From Eledone cirrhosa (Eukaryota), in NCBI GenBank assembly GCA_964016885.1, contig OZ024742.1, forward strand, positions 179,118,001 to 179,182,000: DNA of 64,000 nt, given 5' to 3'. The position numbers and the translations under genes are program-made. Below, piece by piece: positions 1 to 13,649 of the stretch. Every line of letters begins with the position of its first letter. Positions within the stretch are counted from its first letter, which is position 1. The notes under the pieces are model-generated. The model was given only the letters and a program-made list of their open reading frames with translations, was not told where the DNA came from and did no database searches.

Positions 1-51
1 CTTTCACTACTCTTACTTACTAAAAATACTACCACTATAACAACAACAACA

Positions 52-102
<51 letters not shown>

Positions 103-270
103 GTCACTAATAATAGCACTACTACTATCACTACTTCAACCACCACACCGCCCTCACTACACTATCATCACAACACCAGTATCATCACAACACCACTTTC
201 ACTACTGTTACTTACTAAAAATACTACCACTATAACAACAACAACAACAACTTCTACTACTACTACTACG

Positions 271-340
<70 letters not shown>

Positions 341-385
341 ACGCTACTACCACCACTGCTACTAATACTATTACTGCTACTACTA
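1..385. repeat. (CTA)n/(CAA)n trinucleotide array with internal duplication
   Basis: Seen directly. Confidence 0.95.
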
Positions 386-574
386 TGTTTACGGCCACAC
401 ACATGATATTTACCTTGGTAATAATCATGGCTTGACATCTCTGACCGTTGGTCATCTCCAGACAAAACCAACAAACACCTTGTTAGGCACAAGGTAGCTA
501 CACAATAGGTGGATAATGGTCACTCATTGTCCAGAGCTAACATCTTTATAGAAAGGAAACGTTTGTTGGTGGAG

Positions 575-610
<36 letters not shown>

Positions 611-629
611 GTGTATATGTGTGTGTGTA

Positions 630-666
<37 letters not shown>

Positions 667-754
667 GATAAATGTTTATATATATATAGACATATATATA
701 TATATATATATATGTATGCACACGTACACACACACACACATACACACATACACT

Positions 755-808
<54 letters not shown>

Positions 809-812
<4 letters not shown>

Positions 813-1010
813 AACGAGTAGGACCCCGACGGCTGAGCTCAAGCTGTTTCAACGGCTAATTCTGGACAGAATTCGTCCAGAATTAGCCGTTGAAACGGCT
901 TGAGCTCAGCCGTCGTGGTCCTACTAGTTCCTATTACCCACTCTACTACCCTAAATATTGAGTACTTTGATGCGTTATGGTCCACCTGGTTCCTTACCAC
1001 ATTTCGTTCG

Positions 1011-1012
<2 letters not shown>
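809..1012 (+). mobile_element. Miniature fold-back copy of the Naiad 3' end in (TA)n
   Basis: ~59-bp inverted arms (809-867 / 875-933) plus an ~80-nt tail homologous to 43587-43665. Confidence 0.85.
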
Positions 1013-1046
<34 letters not shown>

Positions 1047-1134
1047 GAAAAGTATAGAAATTGTTGTAGCGAGAAGCTAACAGTATTCCATAACACACAT
1101 ATATATGTACCTATGGGTTATATTGAACATTAAT

Positions 1135-1314
1135 AATTGTTTCCACTTTTGGCACAAGGCCATCAATTACCCAGTGCATTACTGGTACTTTATTTTATCG
1201 ACCCCGTAAGGATGAAAGGCAAAGTTAACCTCGGCGGGATTTGAACTCAGAATGGCAAGGGCCGTAACTCTATACGTCAAAGCATGGCATCCGGCCCTCT
1301 ACCGATACTGCCAA
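1135..1314 (-). mobile_element. SINE family 1
   Basis: Reverse complement of 2456-2648. Confidence 0.8.
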
Positions 1315-1324
1315 CATTAATAAT

Positions 1325-1610
1325 AATGTTCGTTTCGTTTGTAAACAAACGGCCCGATTTGAAGCTGTGCAGTGCCGGTGACTGATCATCACCCGTTTGT
1401 TCAACACTGTTTATTGGGAACCATCAACATTTTTCTGGGTCATTACCCTTCATCAGGACTATACCTCTGCCAATTTGTTGAACGGTTGAAAATATATATT
1501 ATTTTCTTAAATACATATCGGCTGAATAGCCTCATTTTCATAACGAGCGAGTTACGGCTGGCTTTGCCGAATATTAAAAGTAAAATTAGAATTTTATTTC
1601 TCGCCCTATA
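1325..1610. repeat. Unclassified ~300-bp dispersed repeat (second copy 31310-31625)
   Basis: Shared AATGTTCG.TT.GTTT..TAAACAAAC.GCCCGA start and internal blocks; hammerhead-like core on the minus strand. Confidence 0.65.
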
Positions 1611-1874
1611 TATATGTACAGTATGTGTGTATTTATATATGCATACATATATATATACTTAAACACACACAAATATATATATTTATATATAATTTCTCTA
1701 CAAGCCTTGACCATTACATAGAAGGTGTTTCAAGACAATTTATATCATGGCCTGTTCCCGAGGCTGTCACGTTAAAAGATATTTTGCGAATAAATGTTAT
1801 AATGTTGATAAATTTTGAGGATTATATCTTATGTTGCTGGTGAACATTAAGTCTGATCAATCTCGTTGTAGCAG

Positions 1875-1983
<109 letters not shown>

Positions 1984-2135
1984 TGTGTGTGTGTGTGTGT
2001 GCGTGTGTGTGTGTGCACGTCTGTCCGCATCCGTCTTTGTTTATGTCAAGTAATGTACCTGCACGACAAAAAGAGTTCGATAGATTAAGAGAAGCGTTGA
2101 TTCCTCGTAGATACCTCTCAAGGAATACTTTAAAT

Positions 2136-2421
2136 CAGGCATGGGCAACTTTTTTCGAGAAACGGGCCGCATGAGATATGGTCCATCATCAGGCGGGCCG
2201 CAAGCGCTAATTTACATTCGTGCCCACATTAAAAAAAAAAGGCGGTAACTCGGGTTGTTGTGATTTGTTTCTCCAGAATTCGTACACGTCCTCGATCGTA
2301 AAAATAATAGAAAGATAAATTATGACTGAAATGTTGGGGTAAAAAAATCAGAAAAATGTCACTTAGGTGGCTTAGGAGAGTCATTTAGAAAGCTTCGCGG
2401 GCCGAAGGGTGCCCATGACTG
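2136..2421. mobile_element. hAT (Charlie-type) MITE
   Basis: TIRs CAGGCATGGGCA / TGCCCATGACTG; 8-bp TSD CTTTAAAT / CTTTAGAT. Confidence 0.85.
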
Positions 2422-2455
2422 CTTTAGATGATTTTCTTAACTATTATTTATACTT

Positions 2456-2648
2456 GGGACGGTGGATTGGCAGTATCGGTAGAGGGTCGGACGCCATGCT
2501 TTCCAGCATAGTTACGTCCCTTTACGATCTGAGTTCAAATCCCGCCGAGGTTGACTTTGCCTTTCATCCTTACGGGGTCGATAAAATAAAGTACCAGTAA
2601 TGCACTGGGTAATTGCTGGCCTTGTGCCTAAAGTAGAAACAATTATTT
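2456..2648 (+). mobile_element. tRNA-derived SINE family 1 (Nin/Deu-like central domain)
   Basis: A box TGGCAGTATCGG, B box GAGTTCAAATCC, GCCTTTCATCC..GGGTCGATAAAATAAAGTACCAG, (ATT)n tail. Confidence 0.85.
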
Positions 2649-2805
2649 ATACTTGGGACACACACATTTCAAATTTTCCCAATGTTTCTTAAACTAAACG
2701 TTTTGTTTACACACATACACATACACATACACATACACATATGTGTGTTTGTGTCCGTGCATGTGTATACAAACACAGACAATAGACAGACACGCGCACA
2801 TACAC

Positions 2806-2876
<71 letters not shown>

Positions 2877-3947
2877 CTGCCCGTCCGGCTGGCGCTCGGC
2901 TAGGGATACGGGCATTTTATCTTTTCAAGATTCCCGCCTCCACTCCAGTGCAAAGATACCGCATGCCCTCTCAAGTCAGCGAGGGTAGGATGGTGGGAGG
3001 TTAACGCACTCTGATGTTGGGTTTGAATAATGTTTAGGGTTCCCCAGTTCAGCAGCCAGTACGTTAAAGAAAATTGATAGTTACAACAATAAAGGCTTAA
3101 CAGAGAACAAATTTTTAAACAAACTTTACAATAATTTGTACAACCGTAATGGAAATTCCAAGTAAGAGAAAATATTTAAATTACATTGTTAGAGCCTCAG
3201 AGTATGCAATATTTTTTGTTCGGCCCTCGGTAGCAAAGATGAAGAGATTGTTTGGCGAGCTCTCCCTAGAGCATCCTACAAACAATTGACCATGGGAGAA
3301 GCATGGTTTTCCCAGGTGAAGGTCAGTCGCTTTTAGGGTTTGATCCTGAGCTTCGTTGATGGTATTATCGCGAAGCTTAGTCCCTCTGTTGCTCTAGTAA
3401 CATTTTTTCTTCTGGAAATTCTGATCTTGTGGCCAGGCTGGGACGTTTTAGGTGGCATATCGGCAGTAACAATGACGATAAGCCGTCTGTGCTTTCGTGA
3501 AATAAATACATTTGTTTATATTTTGTTTTTGTGTATGCAAAAATATCTGTACACGAATATATAATTACTCACTCACATTCTGCTTCTCCCCTTCTCACTT
3601 CCTCCCGTTTGGCCTGAAGTGGGGTCCTTTCTTGCTCACACCTCACTCGCGTCGCACGGTCTGTTGTCTCTCGCCCATGAAATCCACACAGCTTAAGCTG
3701 ATCGGACTCCCACGTGCTTGTTTTTTCCTATCTTTGCGTTGCTATCCTATGTTTATTTACTTGTCTCGCTCGCTTTACGCGATTTACTTGTCCCAATAGC
3801 TTTATTTAGCTATTGCTCGCACCAACTGGGGGTATATGATTTTTAAAGCGATGAAATACCAATGAAGGTTGAAAAATCACTGATGAAGGACTATTTTTAT
3901 CATATGTAACCCATGTGCAACCACGCAGTATTCATTCTTCTCATGTG

Positions 3948-4032
<85 letters not shown>

Positions 4033-4262
4033 ATTTATTAAAATAACAGATTAAAGTTTAAGCAAATAATCGTTGCTTTCACCCTTAACGGGATCTTCTG
4101 AAACTAACAAAGTCAATCTGTAAACGCAGAAGTGGATATTGAAAAAAACTTTGCAACCGGAGGAAGACAGGAAGACGATACTTTGGTTCGTGGAAACGTT
4201 CCCTGGCAAAGAACGGGAAAAAACGAATATAATACGTCATTAATAGGAGCGGGAAAAAACAA

Positions 4263-5089
4263 TTACGCGCAAAGACAGAACCACGTTTATGGTATAAAAG
4301 AAGTCGTAGACTAAATATTCTCTTAGGTGGTTCATAGAGACGTTCTCTGGCAATGAACGGAAAAAACGAAGATAATACGTCATATGTGGCGCGTGGAGAA
4401 CAATTGCACGCAAAGACAAAGGTACGTATACTTTCTCGTACGTATATTTGATTGTATATGTTATGGAGTATAATTTTTTATATATTCTGGTACTTATGGT
4501 TTGGTTATGTGTATACGGGAGTTTGGCGTCTGTGTGAGTATGCAGGTTCGTACGTATGTAGGGTGTGTGTATATGTGTACTTCATGTTTTGGTTGACTTA
4601 CGTCTCCGAACATTTGTGTATTTACATGTAGGTATGTGTGTGCGCTTGTTATTTACGTATTTATTTATTTATTTAGTTTATTTAATTATTTATTTATTTG
4701 TATACACGCACACACACACATATTTATATGTGCGTGGTTCTGTATACCCATGGCAAGTGTTTTCGCGTATGCTTGTGTATGTACGTAAGGGCATGCGTGT
4801 ATGTATTTATTTAATTTCTATTACCTCTGTATTGTATTTTATTTACTTTATTTTTATCTCTGAAGCGGAGATTCATTCGGTTTCCTAGTTAGAATTTTAG
4901 TCTACGACTTCAGCTATACCATTTACGTGGTTTTGTCTTTGCGTGCAATTGTTCTCCACGGTCCACATATGACGTATTATCTTCGTTTTTTCCGTTCATT
5001 GCCAGAGAACGCCTCTATGAACCACCTAAGAGAACATTTAGTCTACGACTTCTTTTATACCATAAACGTGGTTCTGTCTTTGCGCGTAA
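4263..5089. repeat. ~157-bp inverted repeat (4263-4420 / 4932-5089) with tandem subrepeats
   Basis: Direct reverse-complement match; adjoins the Helitron-family block at 4017. Confidence 0.8.
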
Positions 5090-5410
5090 GTATGATAAAT
5101 GTAATCTAAGTTTTTCGAATATTAATAACATTCGATTCGTTTGCAATTATGCAAACACGCCTCAATTTTATAGCCATGTCAGTAGAATGAACCGTTCATT
5201 CTTGCTCTTGTGTTGGCATTATGTAATTACTAGCTTAGGTACCCAGCTTCGCCAAGGTTAACAAATGATAAGAGAAGACCGGCAGAAGAGAAAACGTCTG
5301 TATTGAATGTATTGTCTTGTTTACAGTGTGTGTGTATTGTGTGTGTGTGTGTGTGTTTGTGTATATATATGTGTGTGTGGGAGTGTTCGTGTGTGTGTGT
5401 GTGCGTGTGC

Positions 5411-5521
<111 letters not shown>

Positions 5522-6049
5522 CCACTGTTGGAATCGGAGACATAGGCCGCGAAACACGATCATCAGTGACAACGAACTCGCAAAGAAAATCCCTTATGGT
5601 TGATTCCCAACCTGCTAGATATAGCAGTCAGGTTGGTTAGCATACGTGGTATGTCTTTCTTCTTCTTTGGTGTTATAAAATTAGTATCAATAAATTTTCC
5701 TGGATTTACTCTTATCCCAATCCCATACATACTTTCCGATTGTCACTTTCCGTTTTTTTCGTGTGATACGCGAAGGAACCAACCAACAAACATCTCTCTT
5801 TTATATCTCTTTTATTTGTTCATTCAAAATATTTTTCAGCTAATTCTGTCGTACAATATACATCAGCAATCGTTATCTAATGTTTAAAACATGAATAGCT
5901 GCGATATATGCACCATATAAATAAAAAACGATATGAGAATTGAATACCATACTAAAGCGCCAGTAAGATTGCTAAGAACCTGCAGATAGAAATGTTAATA
6001 AATACAACATTTGGCTTGGGTAAACTTTAAGATGTTCCTTCATTGTAGG

Positions 6050-6804
6050 TTTGGTAGGGTGGCATCTCGGCAGTAACAATGGCGATAAGCCGTTTGTGCT
6101 TTCGTGAAATAAATACGTTTGTTATAACATTTTTTCTTCTGGAAAATCTGATCTTGCGGCTAAGCTAGGACTTTTTGGGTGGCATCTCGGCAATAACAAG
6201 GATGATAAGCCGTCTGTGCTTTCGTGAAATAAATACGTTTGTTATAACATTTTTCTTCTGGAAAATCAGATCTTGCGGCCAGGCTGGGACTTTTTGGGTG
6301 GCATCTCGGCAGTAACAATGACGATAAGCCGTTTGTGCTTTCGTGAAATAAATACGTTTGTTTATATTTTGTTTTTGTGTATGCAAAAATATCTGTACAC
6401 GAATATATAATTATATATATATATTAAAATAACAGATTAAAGTTTAAGCAAATAATCGCTGCTTTCACCCTTAACGGGATCTCTGAAACTAAAAAAATCA
6501 ATCTGTGAACGAAGAGTAAATATTTCGAAAAACGTTGCAACCGAAAGAAAACAAGATGATGATACTCTGGTTCGTGAAGACGTTAGGAATGTCGTATAAC
6601 CGGAAGTGATGACATTTGAAAATTTTAAAGAAGTGAATATTTAAATAATGTCTTTAATCTTTTAACAAAATTCAGTAGACAAAAATACCCTCACTTTCTT
6701 ACTTGGAAAAAGTTACATCTATGGTGCAAATTTGGTGCCGTTTGGTCCAGCCGCTTGGCGGAAAGTTTGTTACTTACATACGGCCGTCAGATTTATAGTA
6801 TAGA
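6050..6804 (-). mobile_element. Helitron-family fragment with 3 x ~119-bp tandem repeats
   Basis: Minus-strand 5' end TCTATACTATA at 6804; internal blocks shared with 3390-3570, 4017-4200 and 28465-29210. Confidence 0.65.
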
Positions 6805-7457
<653 letters not shown>

Positions 7458-7505
7458 TGTTACTCAAACACACACACAGACAAACAGACAGACACACACA
7501 CACAA

Positions 7506-7541
<36 letters not shown>

Positions 7542-7542
7542 T

Positions 7543-7634
<92 letters not shown>

Positions 7635-8489
7635 ACAATTCTTTACCACATACCGTTAGATGCTTTACATAATCTCAATTACCATGGACACGCCCACTTT
7701 TTCCTTTCATCATCTCTCTCAGGTTTTACTCTATGGTGGGAAGGTGGGGACGTCATCTTCCGATTGCTTTAATCTCCTCCTTTGATATCATACCGCCTGC
7801 TTCTCCTCCCCCTTTATCCCCTTTCAAGTTTCGCTTTCACTTCGGTTTGCTTGCTTGTTTCTTTCGTTTTCCCCTTTCTGTCTTTCTCTCCCTCTCTCTT
7901 TCTTTCTTTCTTTCATTCTCTCTTTCTTTCTTTCTATTTTCTTTCTCTCTCTCTCTGTCATTCTTCCTTCCTTTCTTTCTTTTTTTCTTTCTTTTTCATC
8001 CGTTCCTTCTTTCGTTTCTCGTTCTTTTTTTCTTTTTTCTCACTTTCTCTCTTTCTTTCTTTCCTTTTTATCTTCCGTTCTTTATTTCACTTCTTCTCGA
8101 AACCTTCTAGGGAACATTAGCCAACTCCCTTCATTTCATTTTGTTGTTGTTGCTGTTGTTGTTGTCATCGTACTTTTGTAACAGTTGTTGTTATCCTTAT
8201 TGTTGAGATTGTTGTTGTAAATGTAAATGTTTTGTTTTTTGCTGTTTTGTTCTAAATATTGTTGAGCCTGCTTTTGTTGTTGTTGTTGTTGTTGTTCTTC
8301 TTCTTCTTCTTCTTCTTCTTCTTCTTCTTCTTCTTCTTCTACCATTCTATCCCCTTTCTAATCCAGCCCCTCCTCCTCCATCACCCTCTATATATATACA
8401 CGACCAAAGGAACAATGACCCTAAATTTATAATAAAAGACCTTAATCCGTATTACGCGAACCTTTTGGCGCTTAAACCCCATAATGCGT

Positions 8490-8637
8490 TATGTATGTAT
8501 GTATGTATGTATGTATGTATGTATGTATGTATGTATGTATGTACGTATGTAGGTAGGTAGGTAGGTAGGTAGGTAGGTATGTATGTAGGTATGTATGTAT
8601 GTATGTATGTATGTAGGTAGGTAGGTATGTATGTATG

Positions 8638-8668
<31 letters not shown>

Positions 8669-8930
8669 GTATGTATGTATGTATGTATGTATGTATGTAT
8701 GCATGTATGTATGTATGTATGTATGTATGTATGTATGTATGTATGTATGTATGTATGTATGTATGTATGTAGATAGCTAGGTAGGTATGTATGTATGTAT
8801 GTATGTATGTATGTATGTATGTATGTATGTATGTATGTATGTAGGTAGGTAGGTATGTATGTATGTATGTATGTATGTATGTATGTATGTATGTATGTAT
8901 GTATGTAGATAGGTAGGTAGGTATGTATCT
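8490..8930. repeat. (ATGT)n/(AGGT)n microsatellite
   Basis: Seen directly. Confidence 0.95.
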
Positions 8931-9108
8931 AAGTAGGCGGCAAATTGGTTGGGAGAGCGTTGGCTAGAATACTTCGCGGTATTCGTTCAAATTCTCTACG
9001 TTCCGTGTTCAAATCCCGCTGATATATTATAGTATTAATTTATTATTATTATTATTGATTATTATTATTATTGATTATTGATTATTATTGATTATTAATA
9101 TTATTGAA

Positions 9109-9395
9109 GGGCGGTGGATTGGCAGTATCGGTAGAGGGTCGGACGCCATGCTTTCCAGCATAGTTACGTCCCTTTACGATCTGAGTTCAAATCCCGCCGA
9201 GGTTGACTTTGCCTTTCATCTTTACGGGGTCGATAAAATAAAGTACCAGTAATGCACTGGGTAATTGCTGGCCTTGTGCCTAAAGTAGAAACAATTATTA
9301 TTATTGATTATTATTATTATTATTAAAGTACCAGTAATGCACTGGGTATTTGCTGGCCTTGTGCCAAAATGTAGAAACAATTATTATTATTATTA
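9109..9395 (+). mobile_element. SINE family 1 with duplicated 3' tail
   Basis: Near-identical to 2456-2648; tail repeated at 9326-9395. Confidence 0.85.
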
Positions 9396-9399
9396 TGGT

Positions 9400-9935
9400 T
9401 GGTTCAATAATCGGATGGTGGTTTATATATTGTCAAAGCTCTTTCGTCACATATTCTGTGACCTCCTCATTGACTGATTTCATATTTTGTGACTCTCCTT
9501 TGTTCTGTCCTACACCATCTTGTTTCTGTGTGTTGTGCTGTGTACTTGGTTTGCACATGCGTTATATCCGGTGTGTGTGTGTGTGTGTGTTTATTAATTT
9601 ATTATATATGTATGACTTGTCACTAGTTGGTTGCTTGTTCTATCTGTGTGTGTTTGGTTTGTTTTATTAGTTTGATTCTTGTGTGTGTCTGTATGTCTTC
9701 ATCTCGTTCTTAATTACTAGTTGTGATGTTGCTATTCCACTCATGTTTTCTGTTTAATTTTGTTTGGAGTTCGTTTATGTTTGTCGCTTCTATTTGTCGG
9801 AGATTGCGTCTTTTCTGTGTGGATATCATTTTTATCACTATGTTCTCTAGTATGTCCCCATGTTCCATTTTGGCATGTTGGTGGAGTACTTATGAGTTTT
9901 TCCCATCTTGGAGTTCTCGCGAGTGTTCATTTAGT
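9400..9935 (-). mobile_element. Degenerate PLE 3' fragment (GIY-YIG C-terminus plus decayed hammerhead)
   Basis: Manual minus-strand translation SVLHQHAKMEH..IVIKMI..RQIEATNINELQTKLNRKHEW; GUCACA/UGUGAC-GAAA-GAGCUU near 9430-9475. Confidence 0.55.
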
Positions 9936-10520
9936 AAATGGGGGCACACAGGCGCCGCCTGACATCAACATAAATGACTACGATCTTGATGTCGTCCATC
10001 AGTTCATTTACCTCGGCTCCACCATCACTGACAACCTTTCCTTGGCAAGACAGAGTGTCCAACACCGAGGCCCTGATTTGTGCTGACCTTCCCAGTATAT
10101 TGACGGTATGGTCGCATCCCAAAGGATATCCTCTAAGGAGAACTGGCATCTGGAAGGAGAACAACCGATCGACCTACCTCGGCTGCAATACAAGGACGTT
10201 GTAAAGAGAGACGACCTGAAGTCCCTTGACATCACCATGGAGTTCTGGGAGATCCTTGCAGATGACCGAACAAGATGCGGAAGCACCCTGAATTAACGCC
10301 TCAAGTCGGGGGCGGCGCAAGTTGATCGCAGCAACAGACAAACGAGCCAGGTGAAAGGAGCGCAGTAACTCTAACAGACCGGAGACCATACATAGATGTG
10401 ACCTATGTGACAGACTATTACTCACACATAAGTCTGTTTAGCCATAGGAGACGCTGCTCCAGCCGAGCAGATAGCAACTGGGATACCACCTATAGTCAGC
10501 TCTGACCGAAGGAGGCTTTA
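9936..10520 (+). mobile_element. RTE (BovB-like) LINE 3' fragment, internally deleted
   Basis: ININDYDLDVVHQFIYLGSTITDNLSL; PRLQYKDVVKRDDLKSLDI..WEILADDRTR. Confidence 0.8.
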
Positions 10521-10576
10521 GAGAACAATTCATATAAAGCAGTATCAAATACATTTTGTTTAACTGAACAAATATC

Positions 10577-10582
10577 TTTATT
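10577..10582 (-). promoter_or_regulatory. Candidate polyadenylation signal of the ADAMTS-like gene
   Basis: AATAAA on the minus strand ~510 nt after the stop, just before repeat-derived sequence begins. Confidence 0.45.
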
Positions 10583-11091
10583 GATATTTAATAATACAAT
10601 AATATAATATAACATAATATATATTTACATAAAGATATATTTTCTAAATTCTTTGCATGTGAATAAAAACACAATATGAAAACGGACGCAGTCATTGCCT
10701 GCTAGTCAAACATCACAAATTCCGAAAATGTCCTTCCAATCTCTTTAAATTGACATCTATAATTTTTCTTTCCACTAACATCATTTTGTAAACATTTATC
10801 TGATTCATTAAAATAGATTCATCAAAATTTGTCGAAGTGTTATTTAAATTAATATTAAACTCATTAAAAATATTTTGAATAAAAACATCATTAACCATGT
10901 TGTGTTGTGAGAAATTCCTGTATAGTAGTAACGTCTTTTAGCATGTGGTTATTAAGTAAGACGACCAGAGATATCAAAGAAAGCCGGGAGTGATGGTGGA
11001 CAACTTTATCAAAAAATTACACTGTAGAAGTTTGTGAATTATGTAGATATATAGTGTATACCGTGGAGAGAAATGGAGGCTACTGATGATT

Positions 11092-11225
11092 TTAATGGAG
11101 TGAGGCAATTTGTTGACGTGCACAGGTGACACAACACTTTTGTTTATAGAGAGTATTATTACATAGCCGGGCCCTCATAACAAGTTGGCAGGTTTTATAT
11201 CCATATTTATCAACACAAGAATGAC
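11092..11225 (-). CDS. THSD4: ADAMTS-like terminal exon, PLAC domain
   Basis: (G)HSCVDKYGYKTCQLVMRARLCNNTLYKQKCCVTC fits the PLAC Cys pattern. Phase-1 acceptor TTTCTAG|GT matches the previous exon; TAA stop at 11092-11094. Confidence 0.9.
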
Positions 11226-11677
11226 CTAGAAAAAATAAAATAAAATAATAAACATCATTGTGTTGGCATATATTAATCGAAAAAAAGAACATTTGCTTTT
11301 AATGGCGATGAATTCTAAAAGTACTGAGAGTATGACAATGGTATGATGTCTACTGCTATATGTATAGCTATGTTTACCGTTTAAGGTTTGTGGTTTACAA
11401 ATGGGTAGAACTGGTCATTCAGGGAGGGTTCGTCATTATAAAAACACCGAATTGGCGAGCCATCACCGAATCAAATTTATTCTTTATTCTGTTTGTGTTT
11501 GCCGTAATCCTGTTATCAATTAACAAATTTTGCAATCTACATCTGATAAAATCGCCAAAGTCTTGCAATGACTAACAAGGCAGATGATGTAACAAGGCAA
11601 TTGAAATACGTATAGTGTTTTTGAACCATTAAAACTTTAAAGAATATTTCCAGTTCGGCCTTCTGTTGTTTTTAAAT

Positions 11678-11769
<92 letters not shown>

Positions 11770-11805
11770 TCATACATACATACATACATACACATATATA
11801 TGACT

Positions 11806-11882
11806 CTTTTCCTATTACCCACTCTACTACCCTAAGTACCGAGTACTCTGGTACGTTATGGTCCACCTGGTATCCTACCACA

Positions 11883-11937
<55 letters not shown>

Positions 11938-11957
11938 GTGACTCGCCGACCTCATAA

Positions 11958-11988
<31 letters not shown>

Positions 11989-12056
11989 GGAAAAAGTATG
12001 ACCCCGACGACAGAGCTCAAGCCGTTTCGACGGCTATTTCTAGAAACGGCTTGAGC
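11806..12056. mobile_element. Naiad-family tail (11806-11885, +) and inverted-arm fragment (11987-12056)
   Basis: Direct similarity to 43580-43660 and 39910-39965; separated by (TA)n. Another tail-only copy lies at 31067-31131. Confidence 0.75.
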
Positions 12057-12153
12057 ATGTGTGATTCATTAGAATACAGAGTCAGACCAGAGAAATTTAT
12101 GAAATCAATATAAACTGCAATATGAATCAACTAGTCTATTAGTTAATACTTAC

Positions 12154-12304
12154 CAATTTTGGTAGAAATAACCCGGCATTTTTTAATATTACATGTCCTG
12201 GTCGTAACTGGTTCTGCTTCACTACAGTTAAGCGACGTCTTCAATTCTTTATTAAAACATTTCGCTTCTCTGGTTTGTAGTCCTTCACCACATGTTAAAC
12301 TACA
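12154..12304 (-). CDS. THSD4: ADAMTS-like exon, last TSP1 repeat (absent from the ORF track)
   Basis: Manual translation CSLTCGEGLQTREAKCFNKELKTSLNCSEAEPVTTRTCNIKKCRVISTKI. Acceptor CTGCAG|TGT, donor G|GTAAGT, 151 nt, phase 0/1. Confidence 0.9.
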
Positions 12305-12999
12305 CTGCAGGTCAGAAAATACCGAATTATATATATATATATGTATGTGTGGGTGGGTGGGGGTGGGGGGTGTTTATGTGTTTTTTCATCTGTATATATT
12401 TGTATATAGGAATATTAAAACAATGAAATTAAACACAAAACTGTTAATTCATAGTAAAACTCATTATTTTACAACCGTTTCTGGGGGGTAGTTCCAATTG
12501 AATTATATCGTTGAAAATATTTGTATTTTAAACTTTGTTTCACGACATCTTCTACATACGGATTACATTGAGTTCTTTTACGGGTTAGACCCTACCATTG
12601 AGTGGTAGATTTATCTATGTGTACATATATATATTCATATATATATATATACACACACGGAAGTGCAACACTGGCCATGTAGCTATGGTCATATTAGTCT
12701 AAATATATATATATTTGTAAAATATGTTTAAAATATGTTTTAATCTGAAATACATTAATGAAATGAGTTGCCGAGACAGCGTAAATTAAGCTGCCATATG
12801 TAATTAAATGAAGAAGACGGTACCAACAACTTCAGCATTAGATGGTGAATTAAAAAACATTTAAATGTAATCTCTGCAATGTAGAAATGCATCATAATAC
12901 TAAATAAAACCACTTAAATAGTAAGACAGAAATAGCAAAATATGTTGACACAACGAAAGAGTTTATTTATTCAACTATAATAGACAAATAGTATCTATT

Positions 13000-13640
13000 A
13001 AGCAAACGGACGTGGATATGTGGATACCAAAACAAACTAGAAGTGAACAAAAATACACTCAATTCGTTCATACAAAATCAGCTATAAAATCTAGGCCCGC
13101 TATATAGTTCTCCAATATTGGAATAATTCAACTGTTGACACCGTTTGAAAATTGATAATGTCCTTTTCAGAACATGGATAGTGCCATTCCGCACTACTTT
13201 TTATCTCTTGCAAAGATGGCTTTCCAGGTATCTGCTCCAAATATTTTTCTGTTACCATTTTTATCATTCCAAGTGCACCGACTATCAGTGGTACTGTACA
13301 GGCTTTACCAGTACAGTAAATCATCAGATATTTATAGTTACTGAGCTTTCAGACCACTTTCCAGAAGATGTTACGATCTGATGGAATACTCATATCAATT
13401 AAAAGCATGGATTTGATTGTTCTGTCAGTGTTTACAGGGAAATTTCATTGGATTGTCATATTCTCGCCTCTTGTTATTGCATATGGGTGATACCTGTACT
13501 AATTTTCTGTTTTTATGCCATAGGACTTGCATAGTACGCAGTGAAAATATTGCTTTACTCTATCATGTTTAGTTTTACAATCCTGGGGAGCTAATACTTT
13601 GCAGCCTGAAACCAGGTGATCAATTGACTCAACACTTCTA
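13000..13640 (-). mobile_element. Dong/R4-like non-LTR fragment (RLE endonuclease end)
   Basis: HLVSGCKVLA..KHDRV; LIDMSIPSDRNI; VPLIVGALGMIK; frameshifted. Confidence 0.7.
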
Positions 13641-13649
13641 ATAATCACA

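Noticed and set aside
6050-6410. Regularly spaced repeats resembling a CRISPR array (also 48651-49112)
   Set aside because: No unique spacers; whole units repeat; eukaryotic context with no cas genes.
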